A DNA stretch of 64,000 nt, from assembly GCA_033344735.1 (NCBI GenBank), contig JAWPMW010000001.1, forward strand, positions 1,182,171 through 1,246,170, read 5' to 3'. A program made the position numbers and the translations under genes. The DNA comes from Gammaproteobacteria bacterium. GTDB taxonomy: Bacteria; Pseudomonadota; Gammaproteobacteria; UBA4575. Positions 43,055 through 54,057 of this stretch are shown here, in pieces. The notes below the pieces were generated by a model that saw only the letters and a list, made by a program, of their open reading frames with translations, did no database searches and had not been told where the DNA came from. Each line of letters starts with the position of its first letter. Within the stretch, counting starts at the first letter, position 1.

Positions 43055-43759
43055 TTACGTACTAATAAACGCTTTTTGAAATACTTCTAATGCAGCGCAA
43101 GGATCCTGAGCTTGTGTAATCGGTCTGCCAACTACAATGTGTGTAACTCCTGCTATACGAGCATCTAAAGGGCTAACAATCCTCTTTTGATCATCGTTAT
43201 TATCACTAGGCAAACGAATACCGGGTGTCACAATCATAAAATCTTGATTGCTTTGCTCGCGAATAATAGCTGCCTCCTGAGCCGAGCAAACAACACCATC
43301 TAACTTTGCTTGTTCTGCCATTGCTGCCCAATTCGTGACAACCTGATCGACATTTCCTCTCACACCGATAGCAGATAACGCATCCTGGTTCATAGAAGTG
43401 AGAACAGTAACAGCAATTAATTTAGGTCGATCTGATGGGCCAAACTTTCCAATCGCATCACGTGCAGCCAACATCATTTCACTCCCACCAGATGCATGCA
43501 CATTTATCATCCATACACCCAACTTACTAGCTACACAACAAGCTTGAGCAACAGTATTAGGAATATCGTGAAATTTAAGATCAAGGAATATCCTGAATCC
43601 CTTAGTTACTAATTTCTCAACAAATTGGGGGCCACCAGACAAAAATAGTTCAAAGCCGACTTTTAAGGCACACGAATCTGGTTGGATTTTATCAACAAAC
43701 TGTAATGCCAATTCTGGACTAGGGTAGTCCAGCGCAACAATCACCAGGCGATTAGTCAT
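43055..43759 (-). CDS. pyrF: Orotidine 5'-phosphate decarboxylase
   Basis: 234 aa with VALDYPS...LKVG and DLKFHDIPNT motifs. Confidence 0.85.
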   Translation of the reverse strand: MTNRLVIVALDYPSPELALQFVDKIQPDSCALKVGFELFLSGGPQFVEKLVTKGFRIFLDLKFHDIPNTVAQACCVASKLGVWMINVHASGGSEMMLAARDAIGKFGPSDRPKLIAVTVLTSMNQDALSAIGVRGNVDQVVTNWAAMAEQAKLDGVVCSAQEAAIIREQSNQDFMIVTPGIRLPSDNNDDQKRIVSPLDARIAGVTHIVVGRPITQAQDPCAALEVFQKAFIST

Positions 43760-43849
43760 TATTGAATATCGTCAAGGATTAGATGTTTCTAGAAAATTAA
43801 GCGAATTAAAAGTTAGCAATCAGCATTAGATAAAAGACAATATCTTAAA

Positions 43850-44164
43850 CTAACTATTATCTTCTTTGTCCAGGTCTTTATTAACTCGCTCTCTTAATTC
43901 TTTGCCTGGCTTGAAATGCGGCACATACTTACCAGGAAGGGAAACGGTCTCTCCTGTTTTAGGATTTCGACCCACACGTGGCGGTCGAAAATGTAATGAA
44001 AAACTACCAAAGCCTCTGATTTCAATACGCTCTCCAGAGGAAAGCGCATCGCTCATTTGCTCTATGACACTTTTGACAGAAAGCTCTATATCTTTATGCT
44101 GCAAATGATTCTGCTTTTGCGCAATCTTTTCTATCAACTCAGATTTAGTTATTACATTCCCCAC
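43850..44164 (-). CDS. ihfB: Integration host factor beta subunit
   Basis: 104 aa with [11 protein letters not shown]... and the arm motif [27 protein letters not shown]. It lies downstream of rpsA. Confidence 0.9.
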   Translation of the reverse strand: MGNVITKSELIEKIAQKQNHLQHKDIELSVKSVIEQMSDALSSGERIEIRGFGSFSLHFRPPRVGRNPKTGETVSLPGKYVPHFKPGKELRERVNKDLDKEDNS

Positions 44165-44193
44165 CGAACTGACCCTTTAGTAATGAATTATAA

Positions 44194-45864
44194 TTAGTCG
44201 CCCATCTGTTCCTTCAGAATATCTCCCAAAGAAGTAGAGCCACCACCAGTATTACTACTACTGTAATCTGACAAAACATCTGCTTCTTCTTGCTCTTCCT
44301 TAGCTTTTATTGAGAGAGTTAATGCGCGTGTTTTACGATCGACACCAATAAATTTAGCTTCGATTGCTTCACCTTCTTTTAACACAGTTCGCAAATCTTC
44401 AATTTTATCGCGAGCAAACTCAGTTGCTCGTAACACACCATCGATTCCTTCAGCTAATTCTACAGTCGCTGCTTTCGCATCAACTTCTTTAACGACACCG
44501 TTAACAATAGTACCTTTAGCATGCTCGGCTAGATAAGCTGATAGAGGATCCTTATCAAGCTGCTTAATGCCTAATGAAATACGCTCACGCTCTGCATCGA
44601 CTGCAAGTACAATGGCTTCAATTTCCTCACCTTTCTTGAAATTGCGAATCGCATCTTCGCCAGTATCACTCCAAGAGATGTCAGATAAATGTACCAAACC
44701 GTCAATTCCACCATCAAGACCAATGAAAATTCCAAAGTCAGTAATTGACTTGATCTGGCCACTAACTTTACTTCCTTTGTCATGAGTTGCTGCGAACTCA
44801 TCCCAAGGATTTGATTGGCATTGTTTGATACCTAAAGATATTCGACGGCGCTCTTCGTCTATATCCAACACCATCACTTCTTTCTCGTCACCAAGTGCAA
44901 CGATCTTAGCTGGATTAACATTTTTGCTAGTCCAGTCCATTTCAGACACGTGGACCAATCCTTCCACGCCATCTTCAATTTCAATAAAGCAACCGTAATC
45001 AGCAATGTTTGTAACTTTACCAAAGGTTCTAGAACCCTCTGGGAAACGGCGCATTAAGTCAGCCCATGGATCAGAACCAAGCTGCTTCAAACCAAGTGAC
45101 ACGCGTGTCTTGTCTTTATCAAACTTCAACACTTTCACTTCAATCTCGTCGCCTATGGCCACAACTTCAGAAGGATGCTTAACGCGTTTCCATGCCATAT
45201 CAGTGATATGTAGCAAGCCATCAACACCGCCAAGATCTAAGAACGCACCGTAATCAGTTAAGTTCTTAACAATACCCTTAACCACGCTGCCATCTTGCAA
45301 GCTCTCTAATAATGTTTCACGTTCTGCGCTGTATTCTGTTTCTACGACAGCACGACGTGATACCACGACATTGTTTCTACGCTGATCAAGCTTAATAACT
45401 TTGAACTCTAACTCTTTACCTTCTAAATAAGCCGTGTCACGAACAGGTCTGACATCAACTAATGAACCTGGAAGGAATGCACGAATATCAGGTAATTCAA
45501 CAGTGAACCCGCCTTTAACTTTTCCAGTAATAATTCCAGAAATAGTTTCACCAGACTCACTAATTCGCTCTAGCTCGCTCCATGCTTTAGCACGGCGTGC
45601 TTTTTCACGTGATAGACGAGTTTCACCATAACCGTCTTCAACAGCATCGAGTGCAACTTCAACCACATCACCAACGGCAACATTGGTTTCACCACGCTCA
45701 TTTTTGAATTGGTCAATAGGAATTACGCCTTCGGACTTAAGCCCAGCGCTGACCACAACGACATCGTTTCGAATATCAATAACAGTTCCATCAACAATGG
45801 AACCAGGTTTCATGTTTAGATTAGAGAAACTCTCTTCTAATAATTCAGCAAAACTCTCGCTCAT
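44194..45864 (-). CDS. rpsA: 30S ribosomal protein S1
   Basis: 556 aa with six S1 domains, in the cmk-rpsA-ihfB synteny. Confidence 0.9.
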   Translation of the reverse strand: MSESFAELLEESFSNLNMKPGSIVDGTVIDIRNDVVVVSAGLKSEGVIPIDQFKNERGETNVAVGDVVEVALDAVEDGYGETRLSREKARRAKAWSELERISESGETISGIITGKVKGGFTVELPDIRAFLPGSLVDVRPVRDTAYLEGKELEFKVIKLDQRRNNVVVSRRAVVETEYSAERETLLESLQDGSVVKGIVKNLTDYGAFLDLGGVDGLLHITDMAWKRVKHPSEVVAIGDEIEVKVLKFDKDKTRVSLGLKQLGSDPWADLMRRFPEGSRTFGKVTNIADYGCFIEIEDGVEGLVHVSEMDWTSKNVNPAKIVALGDEKEVMVLDIDEERRRISLGIKQCQSNPWDEFAATHDKGSKVSGQIKSITDFGIFIGLDGGIDGLVHLSDISWSDTGEDAIRNFKKGEEIEAIVLAVDAERERISLGIKQLDKDPLSAYLAEHAKGTIVNGVVKEVDAKAATVELAEGIDGVLRATEFARDKIEDLRTVLKEGEAIEAKFIGVDRKTRALTLSIKAKEEQEEADVLSDYSSSNTGGGSTSLGDILKEQMGD

Positions 45865-45920
45865 AAAATTTAAACTTCAATATATATAATACTTGTTAGT
45901 TAATATAAAACTGACTCTAC

Positions 45921-46613
45921 TTATTCCATAAACAATCGTTCTCGAACGATTGCAGCCGAGCTACTCACTACGGTTTCAATAGACATCTGTGTAGAATCAA
46001 TCACCATTGCATCCTTGGCCGCAACCAAAGGAGCCGCACTACGCGTACGGTCGCGCTCATCTCGCGCACGAATGCTGTCGAAAAGGTGGTCAAAATTAGC
46101 ACTAATTCCTTGGTCAATCAACTGTTTATATCGTCTTTGGGCTCTTTCTTCGCAGCTCGCATCAAGAAATATCTTAACTTCTGCCTGTGGGAACACCACG
46201 GTACCCAAATCTCGCCCATCGCCAACTAATCCCGGCGCACGCTGAAATCTTCGTTGTAGTGCCAAAAGCTCAATTCTAACGTCACTAATCTCTGCTACCT
46301 GTGAAGCATAACTAGAGCATTCTTCTGATCTCAAGCTGGCATCAATATTTTCGCCGTCAATATGGGCGGCAAAACGTTTTTCTTGGGGAAACTCCAAACT
46401 TAGCTGACTAGCCAGTTTAATTAGCTCAGATACATTATCTAATGGAATATTTTCTTTCAGCGCTTTCACCGACAATGCTCGATACACAGCTCCGCTGTCT
46501 AAATAATTGAACTCAAACATATCAGCTAGCTTTTTTGCCAGTGTCCCTTTGCCAACACCTGCTGGGCCATCAATAGTCACTACTGGAATTTGTTTAGAAT
46601 TATTAGACGACAT
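45921..46613 (-). CDS. cmk: Cytidylate kinase
   Basis: 230 aa with a P-loop IDGPAGVGKGT. Confidence 0.9.
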   Translation of the reverse strand: MSSNNSKQIPVVTIDGPAGVGKGTLAKKLADMFEFNYLDSGAVYRALSVKALKENIPLDNVSELIKLASQLSLEFPQEKRFAAHIDGENIDASLRSEECSSYASQVAEISDVRIELLALQRRFQRAPGLVGDGRDLGTVVFPQAEVKIFLDASCEERAQRRYKQLIDQGISANFDHLFDSIRARDERDRTRSAAPLVAAKDAMVIDSTQMSIETVVSSSAAIVRERLFME

Positions 46614-47901
46614 TAACTCTCAAACCAACTAAATTGGCTAGCTCAACAAAACCTGGAAAAGAGGTCGCAACATTCTGGCAATCAGTAATTTCAATATTTG
46701 AGTTCGCCCTCAATGATGCCACTGCAAACGCCATGGCTACGCGATGATCATGGCCACTTTCGATCATACCGCCTGAGAATTCTCCACCGGTAATAGTCAA
46801 CCCATCAGCGAATTCTTCTACTTTTATATTAAGTTCTTTTAGACCATTAGCAACCTGACTGATCCTATCGCTTTCTTTTACACGCAATTCCTCTGCATTT
46901 GTGACACGTGTGACACCATCCGCACAGGCAGCGGCGATACATATAATAGGAAATTCATCAATTGCTGAAGGCACTAGATGAGTAGGCACATCAATACCTT
47001 TAAGTTGACTTGTCTGCACAGTAATTGATGCAGTGGGCTCTCCGCCCATCATAGCTTGATCATGTATTTCGATATTGGCATTCATTTGTTGCAAGATATC
47101 CAGCACGCCTGTGCGTGTTGGATTCATGCCGACATTGTGGATAGTAATATCGCCTTTATTAGCAATACATGCAGCGACTATAAAAAATGCTGCTGAAGAA
47201 ATATCTGCCGGCACGTGTATATCTGTGGCTTGCAACTGTTTCCCACCATCGACTGACACATACCCAGCCTCGACTTCTAAAGGATAACTAAATGATTCCA
47301 GCATGCGTTCAGTATGATCGCGGGTAATTTTAGATTCTCTCACTGTGGTTTTGCCTTGCGCATATAATCCAGCCAATAAAATTGCTGACTTTACTTGCGC
47401 ACTAGCCACAGGAAGCTCATAACTAATCGCCTCTAGATGATCAACTGGCTTGATCAGCACTGGCGGCGTACCATCTTCGTTGGTTGTGACATTGGCACCC
47501 ATTTGGTTGAGTGGATCACACACTCTACGCATAGGTCGCTTCATCAATGAGCTATCGCCAACCAATTCAGTTTCAAATGATTGTCCTGCAAGCAACCCCG
47601 ATAACAACCGCATCGAAGTACCCGAGTTACCCATATCCAGTGTTTTATTTGGTAGAGATAGACCATTTCTTCCCACACCGTGTATGGACAGCTTCCCCTG
47701 CCCTTTGCATTCAATCTGAACACCCATGTTCTTGAATACGTTCATAGTTGCCAAACAGTCTTCTCCCTCTAAAAAACCTGTTACTTGAGAAGTCCCTTCA
47801 GCAATGGAAGCAAGCATGATAGATCGATGTGAAATAGACTTATCTCCAGGAACAGTTATTTCACCCTGAGCATTTTTGCGTGGTTCTACAATATATTTCA
47901 A
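46603..47901 (-). CDS. aroA: 3-phosphoshikimate 1-carboxyvinyltransferase (EPSP synthase)
   Basis: 432 aa EPSP synthase fold (LPGDKSISHR, NSGTSMRLL). It overlaps the cmk start by 11 nt. Confidence 0.9.
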   Translation of the reverse strand: MKYIVEPRKNAQGEITVPGDKSISHRSIMLASIAEGTSQVTGFLEGEDCLATMNVFKNMGVQIECKGQGKLSIHGVGRNGLSLPNKTLDMGNSGTSMRLLSGLLAGQSFETELVGDSSLMKRPMRRVCDPLNQMGANVTTNEDGTPPVLIKPVDHLEAISYELPVASAQVKSAILLAGLYAQGKTTVRESKITRDHTERMLESFSYPLEVEAGYVSVDGGKQLQATDIHVPADISSAAFFIVAACIANKGDITIHNVGMNPTRTGVLDILQQMNANIEIHDQAMMGGEPTASITVQTSQLKGIDVPTHLVPSAIDEFPIICIAAACADGVTRVTNAEELRVKESDRISQVANGLKELNIKVEEFADGLTITGGEFSGGMIESGHDHRVAMAFAVASLRANSNIEITDCQNVATSFPGFVELANLVGLRVNVV

Positions 47902-47941
47902 AACAGTATGTATTTAAAAATTTAGATTTAATATATTAGCG

Positions 47942-48805
47942 CTAGAAATTGGTATATTTGTCTCTGGCCTTCTTAGCATCTAAAAACAATTTTTCCAAAA
48001 CTTTGCCATCACTTGATTGCAAACCATTTTTAAGTTGCTTCAAACTTCGATCAAAAAGTGATAACGCATTTAATAACTCTTCTCGATTAGCTAAACAGAT
48101 ATCTCGCCATACAACTGGATCACTCGAAGCAATGCGTGAGAAATCTGCAAAGCCCCCTGCCGCGTAACGAAAGATTTCTTCAGTATGCGATTGTGTAGAC
48201 AAGCAATGTACTAATGAGAATGCTAATGCATGCGGCAAATGACTGGTCGCTGCCAATATCTGATCATGATCTTGTGCATTCAATTGCTCCACATTAGCAC
48301 CAACTTGTTGCCACATATCAGTCACAAGTTTCAGACTATCTTCACCAGTCTGCTGTGTAGGTGTTAAAATAACTTTCCTATTAGCAAACAAATTATCAAT
48401 AGCTGAATTAACGCCGCTTTGCTCTCTACCTGCAATTGGGTGTCCTGGAACAAAACAACTAAATGATTGCTCTGCGAAAACCCGATTAAAGTCTTCAATA
48501 ACGCTTTGCTTTGTACTACTAACATCTGTAATCGCTTTGCACTGACTTACCCATGATGTTAACTGCTCAAATACTTTGCCAATTTTCAGGACTGGCACTG
48601 CAATAACGACAACATCTGGAATAACAGGACATTCATCAATACTAGTGTAACCGCTATCGATAACATTTAGCCTTTTGGCCTCATCAATCACATGCTGATG
48701 TGCATCAATGCCAATAATTGATTCACACCAGTTTTGCTTTCGAAGTCCATACGCTAATGAGCCACCGATTAAACCAACCCCAATAACACATACTGTTTTT
48801 ACCAT
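47942..48805 (-). CDS. tyrA: Prephenate/arogenate dehydrogenase
   Basis: Rossmann GxGxxG (VCVIGVGLIGGS) at the N-terminus. The start is placed at the internal Met to avoid a 29 nt overlap with pheA; the track ORF runs to 48844. Confidence 0.75.
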   Translation of the reverse strand: MVKTVCVIGVGLIGGSLAYGLRKQNWCESIIGIDAHQHVIDEAKRLNVIDSGYTSIDECPVIPDVVVIAVPVLKIGKVFEQLTSWVSQCKAITDVSSTKQSVIEDFNRVFAEQSFSCFVPGHPIAGREQSGVNSAIDNLFANRKVILTPTQQTGEDSLKLVTDMWQQVGANVEQLNAQDHDQILAATSHLPHALAFSLVHCLSTQSHTEEIFRYAAGGFADFSRIASSDPVVWRDICLANREELLNALSLFDRSLKQLKNGLQSSDGKVLEKLFLDAKKARDKYTNF

Positions 48806-48815
48806 CGGATTAACT

Positions 48816-49898
48816 TTATAAGACAGCTTTAGGGTATGATCCAAGGATATTGATCATATCGGATACATCACTCAACTCTTGCAATGCAAGTTTAAGAGAC
48901 TGGTCCTCAACATGTCCTTCTAAATCCAAGAAAAAAATATATTCCCAGTTAGCGCTGTGTGATGGTCGTGATTCTATACGTGTCATACTCACATCATGCT
49001 TTGCAAATGGTTCTAACAAGCTATGTAACGCACCTGGCTTATTTGGCGCACTCACCAACAAACTAGTTTTATCAACACCGGATGGTGCAACTGAGTTTGA
49101 GCCAATAATTAAAAAACGAGTAGTATTATCAGGCATATCTTCAATATTACTTGCCAACACGTTTAAGTTATATTTTTCTGCCGCAGAACGACTCGCAATT
49201 GCAGCCGAATTCGCTTGTTGCTGCGCTATCAATGCTGCTTGAGCATTACTACCAACAGCTTCTCTTGGTATTGCGCTTAAGTTTGCATCTAACCATTTAC
49301 GGCACTGTGCAAGTGATTGCTGGTGTGAGTTAATGACAGAAATCTTGCTAATGTCAGTTTCACGCGACAATAAGTAATGATGAATGCGTAATTCAACTTC
49401 GCCAACAATCTTTAATGATGAGCGAGTAAAATTATCAAGCGTGTGTGTAATGACACCTTCTGTAGAATTTTCAATAGGCACAACACCGTAATTTGCTTCA
49501 CCAGATTCCACCTCTCGAAATACCTCGCTAATTGAATTAATTGCAGTGGTTTTCACGGAATGCCCAAAGTGTTTCAGTGCAGCCTCTTCTGTGAAGGTAG
49601 CTGCCGGACCCAGAAATGCAATATTCAGCTGCCTCTCGACCGCCAAACATGCAGACATGATCTGACGGAATAAGCGAGCCATTTCTTCATCAGCGAGTGG
49701 GCCAGGATTCTGTTGTGCAACTTTACGTAATATATTTGCTTCTCTTTCTGGACGATAAAATTGACAATCATCTTCTCCATTAGCTTTCTTGCATGCACCT
49801 ACCTCAGAAGCACAATTAGCACGCTCAGAAATCAGCGTCAGTAATTGTTGATCGATCTGATCAATCTCGGTCCGAAGGTCTTTTAAGCTTTTTTTCAT
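48816..49898 (-). CDS. pheA: Bifunctional chorismate mutase / prephenate dehydratase
   Basis: 360 aa with an N-terminal CM2 domain, a PDT domain and a C-terminal ACT domain (GALHSLLEPF). Confidence 0.85.
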   Translation of the reverse strand: MKKSLKDLRTEIDQIDQQLLTLISERANCASEVGACKKANGEDDCQFYRPEREANILRKVAQQNPGPLADEEMARLFRQIMSACLAVERQLNIAFLGPAATFTEEAALKHFGHSVKTTAINSISEVFREVESGEANYGVVPIENSTEGVITHTLDNFTRSSLKIVGEVELRIHHYLLSRETDISKISVINSHQQSLAQCRKWLDANLSAIPREAVGSNAQAALIAQQQANSAAIASRSAAEKYNLNVLASNIEDMPDNTTRFLIIGSNSVAPSGVDKTSLLVSAPNKPGALHSLLEPFAKHDVSMTRIESRPSHSANWEYIFFLDLEGHVEDQSLKLALQELSDVSDMINILGSYPKAVL

Positions 49899-50191
49899 GC
49901 TTTATCTAATTTTTTAATAAATATTTGCCAACCAGTTTCATCAACTTATGAAATCCAGCCCATTATTGAAATCCAAGAACATGATAGAGTAGAACCAGAA
50001 AACCTTATAGCCTCTATCTCTATGAATAATGTTTTATTACCAAGCAGTATTCAGGGCTTAGTGTATATAATTTTGGTTATTTTATATACTCAGCTCGACA
50101 AATCAGTTTGATAATTACGCACATTGAAATACGCTAATACTATCATGCTAGCGAACCCTCAAACCACTGACGAATTTTCATAATATCAATA

Positions 50192-50866
50192 ATGAAACGT
50201 TTAAAATCTCTAACACAGCAGCTTGGTTATTCATCAACTGCAAGTTATTTGATCTCTACAATGTTAGAAAAATTATTTGGGATCGAAATGCATCATTATC
50301 GATTTTATTCTCAGCCGGTTTATAAAACGCCAAGGGTTCCCACACACAAGCTTAATCGCTACAAATTTAGCTGGCTGAATAAACCAGAAAAAATTCTTGA
50401 TGAATTACAGCGCCCAAAACAAGTGATAGAAAATCGCTTTCAACAAGGCTCTGTCTGCCTGGTTGCAGAACAAAATGGCAAACTTCAAGGGTGCTTATGG
50501 TTAATAAAATCCAAGTACATAGAAGATCAAGTGCGAGCAACATATCATTTCCCTGAAAACGCCGTCTGGGATTACGATGTCTATGTCACACCCAAGAAAC
50601 GCTTTACCATTTTATTTGCCGCACTCTGGGATACCGCAGACACCTGGATGAAAGAACATAATTATGCAAGCAGCCTTAGCAGAATATCCGTAGAAAACGC
50701 TCCATCTATTCGCTCACACGAAACAGCTGGCGCAAAGCAAATTGGATGGATAATTGCAATAGTCATCAAGCATTGGCAAATTACTCTCTCGGACAAATCA
50801 CCAAAACTACATTTCTCCTCAAAAAACAACACTAACGGCCCAGATCTATATTTCACCAAGATTTGA
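50192..50866 (+). CDS. Hypothetical protein, possible GNAT-fold acyltransferase
   Basis: 224 aa, first gene after the core block. There is weak GNAT-like secondary-structure periodicity and no canonical Q/RxxGxG/A motif was found by eye. Family assignment is tentative. Confidence 0.35.
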   Translation: MKRLKSLTQQLGYSSTASYLISTMLEKLFGIEMHHYRFYSQPVYKTPRVPTHKLNRYKFSWLNKPEKILDELQRPKQVIENRFQQGSVCLVAEQNGKLQGCLWLIKSKYIEDQVRATYHFPENAVWDYDVYVTPKKRFTILFAALWDTADTWMKEHNYASSLSRISVENAPSIRSHETAGAKQIGWIIAIVIKHWQITLSDKSPKLHFSSKNNTNGPDLYFTKI

Positions 50867-50940
50867 ACTCTTACACATAAATATCAATCTGCTTTCGCTA
50901 TAGTATCTCGCGTTGAAGACACAACTTTAACTCTTGAATT

Positions 50941-51016
50941 AGGCGCGTAGCTCAGTGGCAGAGCACTGCTATTACTTGGCAGATGCCGGAGGTTCAATTC
51001 CTACCCGCGCCTACCA
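50941..51016 (+). tRNA. tRNA-like gene, probable tRNA-Val (anticodon UAC) with irregular T-arm
   Basis: The 5' 16 nt (AGGCGCGTAGCTCAGT) and the 3' CGCGCCTACCA are identical to the tRNA-Val(GAC) gene in this window. The anticodon arm CTGCT-ATTACTT-GGCAG reads TAC. Manual folding leaves one extra base between T-stem and acceptor stem, a G-A mismatch in the T-stem, and U rather than a purine at position 37. Confidence 0.5.
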
Positions 51017-51050
51017 CTTCCTTTTATACCTAGACGTTTCAAATAGTTTT

Positions 51051-52154
51051 TTATTTGATTCTCTTGTGTAAGCTTTCAACGACACGCTGAGCAGTTGCTC
51101 CGTCCCACAACTCTGGGCACTGACCTTGTTTCCAATCACCGGCCAAAACATTACTAACAGATACTGCGAGTACATCAGGCTTAATCAGCTGATTTGTCCC
51201 GTGAGTAATAGTAATTGGTCGTTCAGTATTCTCTCGCAAGGTAAGACATGGAATACCCAAATACGTCGTTTCTTCTTGAATGCCACCAGAATCAGTAATC
51301 ACAAGTTTTGACTGCGTGACTAGATTCATAAATTGAATATACCCCTGAGGCTCAATCACCAATATATTCGCCGCCTGTTCAAGTCTACTCATCATTCCAA
51401 AGTCTATTAACTTTTGGCGTGTTCTAGGGTGCACTGGGAATACTAATTGGCAATCTTCAGAAACCGCTAACAATTGATTAACAATCTCAGAAAGCGTTTG
51501 TTCGTTATCCACATTCGATGGGCGATGCATAGTTACCACAGCAAATTGATTCGCCATAAGGCCATGACTCTCAGCTGTATTATCATTTTCAATCTCCACA
51601 CGCATCATCTCGAATGAATCGATCATAATATTGCCGACGAGATCTACTTTATTATCATCAACACCTTCATGTTTAAGATTTTCATTTCCATCAATCGATG
51701 GCGTCCAAAGTAAATCTACGATTCTATCTGTAAGTACTCGATTTACTTCCTCTGGCATACGCATATCACCACTACGTAAACCCGCCTCTAAATGTGCAAC
51801 TGGTATCCATAATTTTGCGCCTACAAGCGCACATGCAATGGTGGGATTGACGTCACCCACGACAATGATCCAATCAGGACGATTCTCTATCACTATCTTT
51901 TCATACGCCATCATGACTTTGCCAGTTTGTTCAGCATGTGAACCACTACCCACCTCGAGATGAAAGTCTGGTTTTGGCATTTTCAAATCATCAAAAAATG
52001 CATCTGACATATTGGCATCGTAATGTTGCCCAGTATGTATCAAACTCGGTTTACACCAATCCGTCGCCGCCAACGCATGATACAAAGGCGCAATTTTCAT
52101 AAAATTTGGTCTAGCAGCAGCAATAAGATGGACATTAATCATTTCATTCAACAA
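51051..52154 (-). CDS. wecB: UDP-N-acetylglucosamine 2-epimerase (non-hydrolysing)
   Basis: 367 aa with near-colinear WecB/MnaA similarity (HLIAAARPNFMKIAPL, HTGQHYD, HLEAGLRSGD, PEEVNR). Confidence 0.85.
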   Translation of the reverse strand: MLNEMINVHLIAAARPNFMKIAPLYHALAATDWCKPSLIHTGQHYDANMSDAFFDDLKMPKPDFHLEVGSGSHAEQTGKVMMAYEKIVIENRPDWIIVVGDVNPTIACALVGAKLWIPVAHLEAGLRSGDMRMPEEVNRVLTDRIVDLLWTPSIDGNENLKHEGVDDNKVDLVGNIMIDSFEMMRVEIENDNTAESHGLMANQFAVVTMHRPSNVDNEQTLSEIVNQLLAVSEDCQLVFPVHPRTRQKLIDFGMMSRLEQAANILVIEPQGYIQFMNLVTQSKLVITDSGGIQEETTYLGIPCLTLRENTERPITITHGTNQLIKPDVLAVSVSNVLAGDWKQGQCPELWDGATAQRVVESLHKRIK

Positions 52155-52464
52155 GGGTAGCTAATATGGGAAGGGCTTCGAATTTGTGTCAAGTAGCTGA
52201 CGATACAATTTAACAAATAATATACGACAAATCCTATCCAGTTCTTTAATTGAAGTATCTTCAATACACTTCACATCATGATAGATACACATGACTTATA
52301 ATATTCTAAATAAATACTGCAGCCGAGTTGTGCCGTTTATCGCAATTTTAGGACAAGTAAAGTTTAATCGACTCAAATGACTAATTAATTACACTAATCG
52401 GCGCTACAAGTTTATCTCAAGCCCGCTAAAATTAGCCCCTAAATTAATTTCGAAAATCTTTTCT

Positions 52465-54057
52465 ATGAATTTCCTACTACATTCAGCGCTTTTCAATCAG
52501 GCAATACACCGCCCTGATTCTATCGCCATAGAATACAAACAAGAAAAGATTAGCTACAGGGAGCTAAGCATGCTTGCTTCAGACTTTGCTGGAGGTTACT
52601 CCAATTTGGACTTACCAAAAGGCAGCAGAGTTGGAATTTTTTTAGCTAAACAAGTAGAAACAATTTCTGCCATCTTTGGCACTTTATTAGCGGGCGGCAG
52701 CATCGTCCCTGTCAACCCCATACTAAAAGCCAATCAAATTGAACACATTCTTTGTGATTGTGACGTCAGCATACTTGTCACAACTAAATCTCGTCTTAGA
52801 CAGATTGAAGGTGTAATAGACAATTGTCCAGCACTAAAAACAATAGTCCTAGTTGATCATGATGACTTAATTGATTCCCGCTCTTACCACAAACCTATTT
52901 CGAGCTGGCAAAATTTCTGCCAACAATACAATTCTGAAAAAGCACCAACCATTATTGAATCAGACCTTGCTGCAATTTTTTACACATCGGGTAGCACTGG
53001 AAAACCCAAAGGCGTGGTACTAACACATCACAATATGCATGTTGGCGCACAAAGTGTCGCGCAATATCAGAACAACAATAAACAAGATAGAATTCTAGCA
53101 GTCTTACCTTTTAGCTTTGACTATGGATTTAGTCAAATCACAACGGCCATAGTATCTGGAGCGACGGTTATATTATTAGATTACCTACTACCGAAAGATG
53201 TGATTAAAACTCTTGAGCGTACTAAAGCCACAGGATTAGCCGGCGTGCCTCCTTTATGGATGCAAATCACAAAGCTAGATTGGCCAAACAGCATTAAAGA
53301 TCATTTACGTTACATCACCAACTCTGGCGGAGCAATGCCACAAAGTACTTTATCCATTTTGCAAGAAAAACTGCCAAATACTGACATATATTTAATGTAT
53401 GGCTTAACCGAAGCATTTCGCTCAACATATTTACCGCCTGATCAAGTCAATACTCGCCCTACTTCTATGGGAAAAGCGATACCCAATGCAGAAATATTTG
53501 TTATTAACTCTGAAGGCGAAGAATGCAAGGCTGGCGAAGAAGGTGAATTAGTTCACCGCGGCCCATTAGTTGCACAGGGTTATTGGAATGACCCAGAAAA
53601 AACTTCTGAGCGTTACAAGCCGCTACCATCATCTCTATGTGATGGGCGCACAGTAACAGAACTTGCAGTATGGTCCGGAGATTCTGTTAAGAAAGATGAA
53701 GAAGGTTATCTATATTTTGTTAGCCGTACAGATGAAATGATTAAAACATCTGGCTACCGAGTGAGCCCTACAGAGATTGAAGAGACTCTTTTACTCCTCG
53801 ATAATGTCAGTGAAGCTGTCGCAATGGGTATACCTCACTCAGAACTAGGACAAGCTATTGTAGTCGTAGCCACTAGCAATTCAAAAAGCACAGATTTGGT
53901 AAAAGAAATTACTTCTTCACTCAAAAAACAATTACCACCCTACATGCTGCCACAGAAAATATTCATCCGTGACGAGTTACCTCGCAATGCCAATGGTAAA
54001 TTTGATCGCAAACAGATGTATATCGAATGTGAAAACACGTTTAGCAAATCACAATGA
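52465..54057 (+). CDS. AMP-forming acyl-CoA/acyl-ACP ligase (adenylate-forming enzyme)
   Basis: 530 aa with adenylation core motifs YTSGSTGKPKGV, YGLTEA, GEL...RGP...GY, SGD...DEEGY...R.DE.IKTSGYRVSPTEIE and PRNANGKFDRK. Confidence 0.8.
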   Translation: MNFLLHSALFNQAIHRPDSIAIEYKQEKISYRELSMLASDFAGGYSNLDLPKGSRVGIFLAKQVETISAIFGTLLAGGSIVPVNPILKANQIEHILCDCDVSILVTTKSRLRQIEGVIDNCPALKTIVLVDHDDLIDSRSYHKPISSWQNFCQQYNSEKAPTIIESDLAAIFYTSGSTGKPKGVVLTHHNMHVGAQSVAQYQNNNKQDRILAVLPFSFDYGFSQITTAIVSGATVILLDYLLPKDVIKTLERTKATGLAGVPPLWMQITKLDWPNSIKDHLRYITNSGGAMPQSTLSILQEKLPNTDIYLMYGLTEAFRSTYLPPDQVNTRPTSMGKAIPNAEIFVINSEGEECKAGEEGELVHRGPLVAQGYWNDPEKTSERYKPLPSSLCDGRTVTELAVWSGDSVKKDEEGYLYFVSRTDEMIKTSGYRVSPTEIEETLLLLDNVSEAVAMGIPHSELGQAIVVVATSNSKSTDLVKEITSSLKKQLPPYMLPQKIFIRDELPRNANGKFDRKQMYIECENTFSKSQ

